Positions 27,454 to 35,977 of a stretch of DNA of 46,717 nt are shown in pieces. Made by a program: the position numbers and the translations under genes. The DNA is from an uncultured Planctomycetaceae bacterium. GTDB lineage: Bacteria > Planctomycetota > Phycisphaerae > SM23-33. The notes below the pieces were generated by a model. It did no database searches and was not told the DNA's origin. It was given only the letters and a program-made list of their open reading frames with translations. Position 1 is the first letter of the stretch, and every line of letters starts with the position of its first letter. The stretch spans positions 1-46,717 of the forward strand of contig CAZWAT010000002.1 in the NCBI GenBank assembly GCA_964632015.1, in the 5' to 3' direction.

Positions 27454-27935
27454 ACGACGCTGCTGACACGATACACTGCTCTGCCCGTGAAAAGCCGCAT
27501 ATTCTCGATTCAACTGCCCCAAAACCCTCAAAAAACGAGGCAAAACGAAAAAATTTTCCAGCATGCATTCTTATGGAAAATCTGCCTGGTTCACCCTGTC
27601 AGACTAATAGGATTTACAAATAAACGTTGTTCGGGGAATTCACGATGCATGTACACATAAAACCGCGTGCAAGCCGAATGTCTTTCAACGGTTCGGGCCG
27701 AGCGTGAGGCCGAGGCGCGATAACTGCTGTCTGTACAATGAGTTATGTCATAAGATGGGGGTCGGTATAACGATCTCTTGTAGCAAAGAATGGATATATT
27801 AGCAAGGGTCGAGAAGCGATGTGAGCCATGCCAGTCTTGCCGAAGGAGCGATGGGGCAGGCTCCGGCCCGCAAGCCGCGTAACTCGCCACCACGCCAATA
27901 GGCCCGGTTTACAAGGAAAACGAGCATTTTTCGTC

Positions 27936-27967
27936 TTGACGTTCAATATGTCCACGGTCAACATATT
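27936..27967 (+). promoter_or_regulatory. TTGACG hexamer followed by inverted repeat AATATGT-N9-ACATATT upstream of hup
   Basis: Read directly: TTGACG at 27936-27941, arms at 27945-27951 and 27961-27967. About 100 nt upstream of the hup ATG. Function unknown. Confidence 0.25.
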
Positions 27968-28067
27968 CATCAACTTCGGGCTGTGTAGCCTGAAACTCCA
28001 AGCTCCGGGCCAGGGATGAATGCCAGGCGGCTTTGGAGAGGTCATCAAAAGCTAGAAGGAGCGCACA

Positions 28068-28352
28068 ATGGCAAAGGCAATGACGAAGTCCCAGATTGTC
28101 AGCAAGCTGGCTGAGAACGCGGAACTGCCCAAGAAGCAGGTCGCGGCTCTACTGGAAGACCTGGTTGGAATGGCGTACAAAGAAGCTAAGAACGGCTTCA
28201 CCATTCCTGGTCTTGGTAAGCTTGTGCTGATGAAGAGAAAGGCCCGCATGGGTCGCAACCCCCAGACCGGCGAACAGATCAAGATTCCTGCCCGCACGGT
28301 ACTGAAGTTCCGCATTGCAAAAGCGGCGAAGGATGCGGTGCTGAAGAAGTAA
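28068..28352 (+). CDS. hup: HU-family nucleoid DNA-binding protein
   Basis: MTKSQIVSKLAE, GFTIPGLGKLVLMKRKARMGRNPQTGEQIKIPARTVLKF. GAAGGAG SD. Confidence 0.95.
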   Translation: MAKAMTKSQIVSKLAENAELPKKQVAALLEDLVGMAYKEAKNGFTIPGLGKLVLMKRKARMGRNPQTGEQIKIPARTVLKFRIAKAAKDAVLKK

Positions 28353-28377
28353 AATCGCGTTCTCTACAGAACTCATG

Positions 28378-28407
28378 AGCGACGGCCTGGTGCCGTCGCT
28401 TTTTTTT
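28378..28407 (+). terminator. Rho-independent terminator of hup
   Basis: AGCGACGGC-CTGGT-GCCGTCGCT, a 9-bp GC-rich stem followed by T7. The stop codon of the convergent ABC-F gene sits in the T-tract. Confidence 0.85.
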
Positions 28408-30334
28408 AGCAGTCCAGCGTCAACGACAGTTGCTCCCATTCCTCCATGAGCGCCGACAGTTGCTGCTGGGTATCGCGGTGTCTCTCGCCAAGTTCCGAGA
28501 TGCGTTCGATGTCACCCTTGGCGCTTGCGTCCATCAGGGCCTCGTCCATTTGTTTGAGCGCCTGCTCGCGGCTGTCGATCTCACTCTCGACCTTCTCGAG
28601 CCGTCGTCGTGCCCTGTTGAGATTTCTGTTCCGCTCGCGTCGGGAGTTATGCTCCTCGATGCGTTGTTTCTTGATGCGATCGTTGTTTGGCTCAGCGGCA
28701 GGGTCAACACACGCCTGGCGGTTTCGCCAGTGGAGATACGAGTCCCAGTTTCCGTCCAGAACCTTGATTGCCCCCGAGTCAAGCGCCCAAATGGTTGTCG
28801 CGATGGACTGGATCAAATACCGATCATGGCTGACAAGGATGATAGTCCCGCCGAAATCCATAAGGACATCCTGAAGAACCTCCTGCGAGGGAATATCCAG
28901 ATGGTTCGTCGGCTCATCGAGAATCAGTACATTGGGGTTTTTGAGCATCAGACGTACCAGTGAAACCCTGCTACGCTGACCGCCTGAAAGTTCGCATATC
29001 CTTTTTTGCGCTTCGTCGCCCGACAGATTCACCTGCCCCAGCAACGACATCGCCCGTTGGTCTGTTACTGATGCCTCGGTGGATCGCACGCATTCAAGCG
29101 CGGTGGAATCAGTTTCAAGCTCGGCGTGCGTCTGCGAAAGGTATCCTACCTGCACATTGGAGCCAAGGTTGACAGCCCCCGCCAGTGGAGGCAGGTCACC
29201 AAGTATCGTTCGCAGCAGTGTGGTCTTGCCGCACCCGTTGGGGCCAAGAATTGCCACTCGCTGGTTTCGGCGCACGTCAAGGTTTTCTATGTCGACCAGG
29301 CATTTGTCGGCATCGCCTTGACGATAGCCGGCCTTGAGATCCCTCAGTCTTAAAACAATATCGCCGGTTCGCTGGGTCACGCGAAGCCTCATGGTGATTT
29401 TGCGATTGCTGAAGGGCTTTTCGATGGCTTCGTCCCTGATGAACCGCTCCAGGCGGGTGCGTCGGCCTTGTGCTTCTTTGGAACGTTGACCGGCGATGAA
29501 CCTGCGAATGAACTCCTGCGTTTCTTCGATGTATTTCCGCTGCGACTCCCACTGCTTCATTCTTTCTTCAAAGCGGTGCTTGCGTTTCGGCAGATAATCG
29601 CTGTACGAGCCTTTGTAGCATTCCAGGGACGAGTTGCTCGCCTCCCATGTGCTGTCGGTGACGCGATCGAGAAAATACCTGTCGTGCGAGACGAGCACTA
29701 TCGCACCGTTGAAATCCCCCAAATACCCCTCCAACCATTCGACCGATGCCATGTCAAGATGGTTCGTGGGTTCATCGAGCAGCAACAGGTCGGGTTGTTC
29801 GAGAAGCAGCCTTCCCAGATGCGCCCGGCTTCGCTGTCCGCCCGATAGATGTCCCAGGGGCTTGTTCCACAGTTCGCGGGGAAGCTCCAGCCCTTCGAGC
29901 ACACGTGTGATTCTGCCGGCATAGGTATATCCGCCGGCAAGCTCGAAATCGTGCTGAATCCTTCCGTAGCTCGCCAGAAGCGAAGAATCCGAAGCATGGT
30001 CCGGCAGGGCAAGGCGGGAAGCAAGCTCATGCATCCGGGTCTCCATGGTGCGCAACTTGGTGAAGACGTCATGCATCGCCTCTTCCAGGGTCATGTTTCC
30101 CAGATCCGGCGGGTCTTGTGCGAGGTATCCTATGCGAAGTCCCGCCCTGGTGTTGACCCTTCCGGAGGTGGGGGTGTCGACGCCGGCGATGATTTTCAGC
30201 AGGGTGCTTTTTCCCTGTCCGTTAGGCCCGACGAGTCCAGCCCTCTGCCTTGCTCCGAGTGTGAAACTGACGTTCCGTAGCACCTCCTGCTGCCCGAAGC
30301 TCTTGAATATTCTTTCGCCCGTCACTAACGACAT
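28406..30334 (-). CDS. ABC-F family ATPase (two ABC domains, no TMD, C-terminal coiled coil; Uup/EttA-like)
   Basis: Walker A GPNGQGKST and GPNGCGKTT. Two LSGGQRSR signatures. LLLLDEPTNHLD / LILDEPTNHLD. Lys/Arg/Glu-rich C-terminal tail. Confidence 0.9.
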   Translation of the reverse strand: MSLVTGERIFKSFGQQEVLRNVSFTLGARQRAGLVGPNGQGKSTLLKIIAGVDTPTSGRVNTRAGLRIGYLAQDPPDLGNMTLEEAMHDVFTKLRTMETRMHELASRLALPDHASDSSLLASYGRIQHDFELAGGYTYAGRITRVLEGLELPRELWNKPLGHLSGGQRSRAHLGRLLLEQPDLLLLDEPTNHLDMASVEWLEGYLGDFNGAIVLVSHDRYFLDRVTDSTWEASNSSLECYKGSYSDYLPKRKHRFEERMKQWESQRKYIEETQEFIRRFIAGQRSKEAQGRRTRLERFIRDEAIEKPFSNRKITMRLRVTQRTGDIVLRLRDLKAGYRQGDADKCLVDIENLDVRRNQRVAILGPNGCGKTTLLRTILGDLPPLAGAVNLGSNVQVGYLSQTHAELETDSTALECVRSTEASVTDQRAMSLLGQVNLSGDEAQKRICELSGGQRSRVSLVRLMLKNPNVLILDEPTNHLDIPSQEVLQDVLMDFGGTIILVSHDRYLIQSIATTIWALDSGAIKVLDGNWDSYLHWRNRQACVDPAAEPNNDRIKKQRIEEHNSRRERNRNLNRARRRLEKVESEIDSREQALKQMDEALMDASAKGDIERISELGERHRDTQQQLSALMEEWEQLSLTLDC

Positions 30335-30530
30335 AACTGTGATCCTGATCGTATAAACCCTGCACTATAACATGCCGCGACTCGATCGGCCATGCATACG
30401 CGAGGATATTCCCAAGTGCGGCTGGTCTCGATTCTGTAGTGGTAACTCAACGTGTTTGTGCGGCCTTTTGCTTTCGCGATGGTTTTGCTTGCCATATAAT
30501 CGCGGAGTTTATTATCGGAAGGACAGTGAA

Positions 30531-31829
30531 ATGAGCTTCAAGGCAGTCAAAGGCACGCGTGATTTCTACCCCGATCTGATGCGGGTGCGGAATTATATAT
30601 TCGACGTATGGCGCAAGGTGTCGCTTCGCAACGGTTTCGAGGAATTCGACCCGCCGATCTTCGAGTACCTTGACCTGTTCACCGCCAAGAGTGGACAGGA
30701 GATAGCATCGCAACTGTTTGGTTTCACCGATCGCGGCGGCAGATCGCTGGCAATTCGCCCGGAAATAACCCCCTCGCTTGCGAGAATGGTGAACGCGAAG
30801 ATCAATTCGCTGCCCAGACCTATCAAGTGGTTCTCGATGTCGCGACTGTGTCGAGCCGAAAATCCGCAGAAGGGCAGGCTCAGGGAGTTCTTCCAGTGGA
30901 ACGTGGATATCATTGGCGAAACGTCCGCGCTTGCAGACGCTGAATGCGCCCTCGTGTGCATAGACGCGCTTCGGGAGTTCGGGCTCACCCCCGATGACAT
31001 CAATCTTCGCTACAGCAGCAGGGCGTTGCTTTCGGCGGTGCTCAAGGCGCTGGCGGTGGAAGATGATCGCGTGGGGGCGATAATGGTGGCCTTGGACAAA
31101 CGAAACAAGATTCCCGCGGAGGCCTTTGACGACATGCTCAAGGATGTCGCCGGCGGGAGCGAAGTTGTTGATGGGGTCAGACGGTTTGTTGATCTTGCGG
31201 ATGCGGGCAAGCTCAAGGCGGATGGGCTGTGCGGTGCGATGAAGATCGATCCATGCGAGGAAATTTCATCTGCGTGCGAGTCGCTGGGGGATTTTCAGCG
31301 TGGGCTCCAGCAGTTCGGCATTGCACAGTGGTGCAAGTATGACCCAGGCGTCGTGCGCGGGTTGGCATACTATACGGGCATTGTGTACGAGTGTTTTGAC
31401 GTGCAGGCGTCGCTCAGGGCCATCGCCGGTGGGGGGAGGTACGATGATCTTCTTGAGGTACTTGGCGGCCCTCGGGTTACGGCGACTGGATTCGGTATGG
31501 GCGATGTGGTACTTGGTATCCTGCTTGAAGAGAAGAAAAAGTTGCCGGGCCTTGAGCATCAGGTTGATTGTTTTGTGATCGATGCCGATGACGGAGCGTT
31601 TGATAAGGTGATCGATGTTGTCGGACGCCTCAGGACCCAGGGCCTCAGCGCCGAGTTCAGCTACAAACGGCAGGCGATTGGCAAGCAGCTCAAGGATGCG
31701 AACCGGCGGGGGGCGAGATTGGCGTTGCTGGTCAGGGCTGACGGCTTGGCGGGTCTCAAGGACTTGACAACCGGCGAGCAGCGGGATGTGCCCCTGGAAG
31801 ATGCCATAGCCCAACTTTCGAAAAGCTGA
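30531..31829 (+). CDS. hisS: Histidine--tRNA ligase
   Basis: MSFKAVKGTRDFYP, RPEITPSLARM, RAENPQKGRLREFFQWNVDIIG and GGGRYDDL. GGAAGGA lies before ATG 30531. The ORF-track start at 30372 is an over-extension. Confidence 0.95.
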   Translation: MSFKAVKGTRDFYPDLMRVRNYIFDVWRKVSLRNGFEEFDPPIFEYLDLFTAKSGQEIASQLFGFTDRGGRSLAIRPEITPSLARMVNAKINSLPRPIKWFSMSRLCRAENPQKGRLREFFQWNVDIIGETSALADAECALVCIDALREFGLTPDDINLRYSSRALLSAVLKALAVEDDRVGAIMVALDKRNKIPAEAFDDMLKDVAGGSEVVDGVRRFVDLADAGKLKADGLCGAMKIDPCEEISSACESLGDFQRGLQQFGIAQWCKYDPGVVRGLAYYTGIVYECFDVQASLRAIAGGGRYDDLLEVLGGPRVTATGFGMGDVVLGILLEEKKKLPGLEHQVDCFVIDADDGAFDKVIDVVGRLRTQGLSAEFSYKRQAIGKQLKDANRRGARLALLVRADGLAGLKDLTTGEQRDVPLEDAIAQLSKS

Positions 31830-31830
31830 G

Positions 31831-32406
31831 CTATTTGACTGGTTTGTGCAGCAACAGCAGGAACTCGGCGTTTCCGCCCTTGCCTATCAGCGGCGAGTGC
31901 ATCACCGCTGACGGCGTCATGCCCTCGGCGAGGAGTCCCTCGCATACGTGCAGGCAGATATTGTGGGACTCTTGCTCTGACAGTGCAGCGTGGGGTTTAT
32001 GTCCGGTGATCTTGGCTGACTCGTAGTGCGGCTTGAGTAGCGAGATGACCATTGCGCCCGGATTAAGCCAATTCATCGCCGCGGGGATGATCAGCCTTTG
32101 AGGTGTCCATGCCACGTCGATGCAGACAAGATCGACACAGGCGGGGGGATCGACGTGGAGCGCGTTGGTGCGCTCCATCACGACAACTCGCGGGTGTTTT
32201 CTGAGTTTCCAGGCCAGCTCCCCATAGCCGGTATCGACTGCATAGACGACATCGGCGCCTCTCCGGATCAGGCAGTCTGTAAACCCCCCGACATTGCAGC
32301 CGAAATCGGCGCACGACAAACCGCGAACGTCAACGTCAAATGCATCAAGCGCCCCCGCCAACTTCCAGCCTGCCCTGCTGACGTAGCTGGATTGTTCAGA
32401 CGTCAT
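31831..32406 (-). CDS. TlyA/FtsJ-like SAM-dependent RNA 2'-O-methyltransferase lacking the S4 domain
   Basis: YVSRAGWKLAGALDAFDVDVRGLSCADFGCNVGGFTDCLIRRGADVVYAVDTGYGELAWKLRKHPRVVVMERTN aligns to the TlyA catalytic domain. The ORF starts just before this block. Confidence 0.8.
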   Translation of the reverse strand: MTSEQSSYVSRAGWKLAGALDAFDVDVRGLSCADFGCNVGGFTDCLIRRGADVVYAVDTGYGELAWKLRKHPRVVVMERTNALHVDPPACVDLVCIDVAWTPQRLIIPAAMNWLNPGAMVISLLKPHYESAKITGHKPHAALSEQESHNICLHVCEGLLAEGMTPSAVMHSPLIGKGGNAEFLLLLHKPVK

Positions 32407-32429
32407 GGCATGTTCTGACAGATGAAAGC

Positions 32430-32693
32430 TTAGTCCAGAGCGTTGAGCTTCTTGGCCAGGCGGGCCTTCTTGCGTGCGGCAGCGTTCTTGTGAATGGTGT
32501 TCCTCGCGGCAACCTTATCAAGCTTGCTGAAGACAACCTTAAGCTGCTCGGACGCCTTGGCCTTGTCATTTGCCTTTATGGCGCTGTCGAACTCACGAAC
32601 GACCTCTTTGATCTGGTCCTTGCGCCAGCGGTTCCTTGCCTTTGCCTTGGCGTTCTGACGAATACGCTTCTTGGCGGATAGTGAATGTGCCAC
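32430..32693 (-). CDS. rpsT: 30S ribosomal protein S20
   Basis: MAHSLSAKKRIRQNAKAKARNRWRKDQIKE. GTG start at 32693 with GGAG 8 nt upstream. Confidence 0.95.
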   Translation of the reverse strand: MAHSLSAKKRIRQNAKAKARNRWRKDQIKEVVREFDSAIKANDKAKASEQLKVVFSKLDKVAARNTIHKNAAARKKARLAKKLNALD

Positions 32694-32739
32694 TCAATTC
32701 TCCAAAAGTTAAACCAGTCGTTTCTCAACAAAGTGTAGG

Positions 32740-32767
32740 ATTATACCCTTCGGTACGAATGGAACAA
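32740..32767 (-). promoter_or_regulatory. Sigma70-like promoter of rpsT
   Basis: On the minus strand: TTGTTC (32767-32762), 16-nt spacer, perfect TATAAT (32745-32740), about 45 nt upstream of the rpsT start. Confidence 0.55.
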
Positions 32768-32780
32768 GTCTTTTTCATTA

Positions 32781-32809
32781 TTGACATTAAGATGATTTCA
32801 AGGTAACTT
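32781..32809 (+). promoter_or_regulatory. Sigma70-like promoter facing away from rpsT (drives the candidate sRNA)
   Basis: Perfect TTGACA (32781-32786), 17-nt spacer, TAACTT (32804-32809). It sits back to back with the rpsT promoter. Confidence 0.45.
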
Positions 32810-32816
32810 TGTGGAT

Positions 32817-33007
32817 GATGTGAGTGGGAAGGCACGCCAACGCTCATGGTTTGCCATCCTGAGGCTCATCGCTCTTTGCCTTTGTGGGCCTTCCGCAAGG
32901 GAGGCCGGCTACGAGGAGGCGAGGGATGGACCGCTTAGTGGCCGTTGCCCTGAGGGGGGCTTAAGCCGGTGTACCCGGTGGCGACCATCTGAGCGGTCCG
33001 GTTTTTT
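32817..33007 (+). ncRNA. Candidate stand-alone structured small RNA (~190 nt), family not identified
   Basis: It lies between the promoter above and the helix GGACCGCT (32928-32935) / AGCGGTCC (32992-32999) followed by GG and T6 (33002-33007). An 8-bp hairpin with a GCAA GNRA loop is at 32887-32906. No plus-strand gene lies downstream. Confidence 0.35.
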
Positions 33008-33075
33008 GTACACTTTTCATCATTGCCTATGCGGGGATTTGCTCATCGACCGGCGAAATTCCACCTATTGGCGTA

Positions 33076-34035
33076 TCAGCTTTGAAGGGCTGCCAGAATC
33101 GACATTGTGTTGAATAACGCGTGCAGCAGTATCGGCGCGACGAGTCTTCCTGTGCTTTCGTACAGCCAGCCCAGGCCGAGCGACAGCAGGATGAGCGGAA
33201 GGACGCTGTCGGGAACCGAAAAGTGTATTACCGCGAAGATGACACTGCTGACCAGTATTGCTGGCCAGACATCCATATATTTTCGCAGGCACGACTGAAG
33301 CAGGCCGCGAAAAAGCACCTCCTCCGCCAGCGGAGCCCCGATGATCGCCGAGAATGCTATTACCACCTTCCAGACGACGGGTTGAATGCGAATTTGCGTG
33401 AGCATCTCATGTTCGGGCAGGTCAGGAAGGATCCATCGGGTTATCGTCAAAATGAGGATTACCGGCCCGATTACGGCGAAAAACATCAGAAAGCCCCTGG
33501 TTATGTCGCCCTTGGCGTTGCTGATGTCGAGCCCCATTCCGGACTGTGCGCCGCGTGCAAAAGCTTTGTGGGCCAACCACACTGCCGCGGTAAAGACCAA
33601 TATCTGTCCAGCCAGGTTTGCGAACATCAAGCTCGGCGTCTCACCCAATGAAGCTGAGGCAATTGCTATTATTGCCCCCGCTAACTGCCAGCCTACAAAC
33701 AGCGCCACGATATGAGCGACGCCAATCGAATTCGGCCTCATCGGGGCCTTGGCGACATTCCACTGTTCGGGGGTGTTGATCCTGTGAAGCAGCCACAGTG
33801 CCGCCGGAGTGAGAACCGCCGAAATGACGAGCATCGTAAGCACTTCGCCCGGGGTAACCTCCTGGGCAACTGATGAGGCCTCAGGTTCGTGAACCTGCGC
33901 CAGTAACAAAGCGTTTGACACGATGCTCCACAACACTATAAGTTGGCCTCCGACGTATTGAGAAGTACAATGAACCAATCGCTGCTGATGGACCTGTTCA
34001 AGCCCAGTTTTGCACGCAATGGTGGAAAATGCCAC
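33076..34035 (-). CDS. CPBP-family (CAAX-protease-like) intramembrane glutamic endopeptidase
   Basis: Multi-pass membrane protein with the three family motifs GAPLAEEVLFRGLLQ (EExxxR), FAVIHF and LLHALFN (HxxxN). Start is uncertain. The longest ORF overlaps the trpC start by 7 nt. Confidence 0.85.
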   Translation of the reverse strand: MAFSTIACKTGLEQVHQQRLVHCTSQYVGGQLIVLWSIVSNALLLAQVHEPEASSVAQEVTPGEVLTMLVISAVLTPAALWLLHRINTPEQWNVAKAPMRPNSIGVAHIVALFVGWQLAGAIIAIASASLGETPSLMFANLAGQILVFTAAVWLAHKAFARGAQSGMGLDISNAKGDITRGFLMFFAVIGPVILILTITRWILPDLPEHEMLTQIRIQPVVWKVVIAFSAIIGAPLAEEVLFRGLLQSCLRKYMDVWPAILVSSVIFAVIHFSVPDSVLPLILLSLGLGWLYESTGRLVAPILLHALFNTMSILAALQS

Positions 34036-34847
34036 AGAATATATTAGACGCCATTCTTGAAACCAAACGTAAAGAGGTGCTGGAGCTTGGAAGACGCACC
34101 TCGCTTGCGCAACTGCGGGCCGAGGCGTTCAAGGCCCCACCGGCACGGAACTTCTTCTCGGCAGTGACAAGCAGGCCCAGGCGATTGCTCAACCTTATTG
34201 CAGAGGTCAAAAAGGCCTCGCCGTCGGCAGGAATCATCCGTCCGGATTTCGATCCTGTTGATATAGCAAAGCAATATGAACGCGCGGGCGCCGATGCACT
34301 GAGCGTGCTCACCGATTCGCAGTATTTCCAGGGTTCGCTGAATTACCTCAGGCAAATACGCCAGGCGGTTTCCATACCGCTGCTCCGTAAGGATTTCATC
34401 ATCGACCCCTTGCAGGTCTACGAAAGCAGGGCAGCCGGGGCGGATGCGATTCTACTTATTGCAGCCGCCCTCGAGCATGGACGATTGCTGGATCTGATGA
34501 TCCTCGCCACCGAGCTTCGCATGACGGTTCTTCTGGAAATACACGAAGCCGACGAGCTTCTGGCAGTGCGTTCATCGGTGGGTTTTCCGCACGCCTCTTA
34601 CGGCCTGCTTGGGATAAACAACCGCGACCTGCACAGTTTCAGAGTCGACTTGAACACGACAATACGCCTGGCTGAGCTTGCCGGAGAAGGCACGCCCATT
34701 GTCAGCGAGTCAGGTATCCGCACCCGTGAGGACATAATGCGCCTCGCCTCGGTAGGCACCAAGGCGGTGCTGGTGGGCGAAACATTGATGAGATCTCCTG
34801 ACATTGCCGATGCCATCGACGAACTTCTAGGCCCGCGCCGCAATTAA
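34029..34847 (+). CDS. trpC: Indole-3-glycerol phosphate synthase
   Basis: ILDAILETKRKEV, LIAEVKKASPSAGIIR, LRKDFIIDPLQVYESRAAGADAILLI, LLEIHEADEL and GINNRDL. Confidence 0.95.
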   Translation: MPQNILDAILETKRKEVLELGRRTSLAQLRAEAFKAPPARNFFSAVTSRPRRLLNLIAEVKKASPSAGIIRPDFDPVDIAKQYERAGADALSVLTDSQYFQGSLNYLRQIRQAVSIPLLRKDFIIDPLQVYESRAAGADAILLIAAALEHGRLLDLMILATELRMTVLLEIHEADELLAVRSSVGFPHASYGLLGINNRDLHSFRVDLNTTIRLAELAGEGTPIVSESGIRTREDIMRLASVGTKAVLVGETLMRSPDIADAIDELLGPRRN

Positions 34848-34849
34848 CT

Positions 34850-35977
34850 ATGGAAACAAAAAAGAACCCAGACACCCGTTCGCTAAACCCCGTGCCTTAC
34901 GTTCTCGTATGCGTGATTCTTCTTCTCGTGGTGCTGACTGTATATATCGCCATCAGGCCGGCGTCTCCGTCGGGTCCCCAGCCAAGGGGCCAGGTCGTTG
35001 ACGAGGAGCGGCGCGTGCTTGAGATTGTCGACGGGTTGCTTGGCGTATCCAGCCGGATAGACTCCAGGGCCATCGAAGCCGCCCGTCAACAGGCAATCGA
35101 CCTGATGTATACATATGTTAAAGCCAATTCTCGTGATGTGAACGTGCGTCTTCAACTCATCGATACGCTGATGCTAGGCGGGCGAAATGACGAAGCCGTC
35201 AAGGTGGTGGATGACCTTCTGCGTGTGTATCCGCTTTCGAGCGAAGCCTTGTGGCGAAAGGGTGAGCTATTGCTCATGAGTGGCGAGGACGGCGCGGAAC
35301 TTTTCGCAAAGGCTGCCGCAAGCCCTGACGCGTCACCGGCCATCTGGTCGCGATTCGGGTGCGAGCTTATGAGCAGGGGTGATCATGAACAGGCCGCCCA
35401 GTGGCTTGAGAAGGGTTATGAGGGCGGATCTCGCGACGGATGGAGCCTGCTGGCACTGGGTGAACTGGCGTTGTCTCGCCAGCGAGTCGAGGAGGCGACA
35501 GGCTTCTTCAAGCAGGCAGTGAAGGACCCCGCTGCGCCGCTTGAGGCGTGGTTGACATTGGCGAAGACGCTGAAATATCAGGGGCAACTGGATGAGGCGT
35601 TGGAGGCGATTCGGGGTGGCATGATGGCTGACCGATCTGGCGAGGCACGAAACAGAATTGAATACGGCGAGATGCAACTGATGCTGGCGCAGATATACAC
35701 GCTGCAACGTCGTCGCAATGAGGCGGCGGATGCATATATCGAGGCGGGGCGGTTTGAGCCGCTCCGGCCCGAGGCGTATGTCGGGGCCGCCAGGTGCCTG
35801 TACTATGAAGGCAATTATTCGCAGGCGATGCGGTATATCGACCTGGCGCATCATCTGCTGCCCGAAGATCCGACAGTCAACGAGTGGCGAACCAGAATCG
35901 AAGATGCACGATTTCCCAGAAAGGTTGATGTGCAGGTGGACCCGACAAGCCCACTGGTTCCTGTGGGGCAGGAATGA
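34850..35977 (+). CDS. Membrane-anchored tetratricopeptide-repeat protein
   Basis: N-terminal TM helix VPYVLVCVILLLVVLTVYIAI, then repeated A/L/Y-rich 34-residue-like units (EALWRKGELLLMSG, AYIEAGRFEP, YYEGNYSQAMRYIDLA). Confidence 0.75.
   Translation: METKKNPDTRSLNPVPYVLVCVILLLVVLTVYIAIRPASPSGPQPRGQVVDEERRVLEIVDGLLGVSSRIDSRAIEAARQQAIDLMYTYVKANSRDVNVRLQLIDTLMLGGRNDEAVKVVDDLLRVYPLSSEALWRKGELLLMSGEDGAELFAKAAASPDASPAIWSRFGCELMSRGDHEQAAQWLEKGYEGGSRDGWSLLALGELALSRQRVEEATGFFKQAVKDPAAPLEAWLTLAKTLKYQGQLDEALEAIRGGMMADRSGEARNRIEYGEMQLMLAQIYTLQRRRNEAADAYIEAGRFEPLRPEAYVGAARCLYYEGNYSQAMRYIDLAHHLLPEDPTVNEWRTRIEDARFPRKVDVQVDPTSPLVPVGQE

Noticed and set aside
24379-27564. Minus-strand ORFs 24379..25011 (210 aa), 25648..26094 (148 aa) and 26794..27564 (256 aa).
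   Set aside because: They are antisense to the S41 peptidase and ribD, with Arg/His-rich shadow composition.
27454-28067. Checked this gap, and 32817..33007, for RNase P RNA, tmRNA, SRP RNA and tRNA.
   Set aside because: I found no GGAAAGUCCGGGC or ACAGAACCCGGCUUA-type RNase P blocks. There is no GGUUCGAAUCC T-arm despite a GCCACCA string at about 27886. There is no GGAAGCAGCC SRP domain IV motif. I cannot run covariance models, so this is only a by-eye exclusion.
32811-33113. A 100-aa GTG-start ORF in the rpsT/CPBP intergenic region.
   Set aside because: It has no SD and an implausible Cys/Arg/Trp/Gly-rich composition. It crosses an apparent terminator and runs antisense into the CPBP gene. 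The region is better explained as structured RNA.
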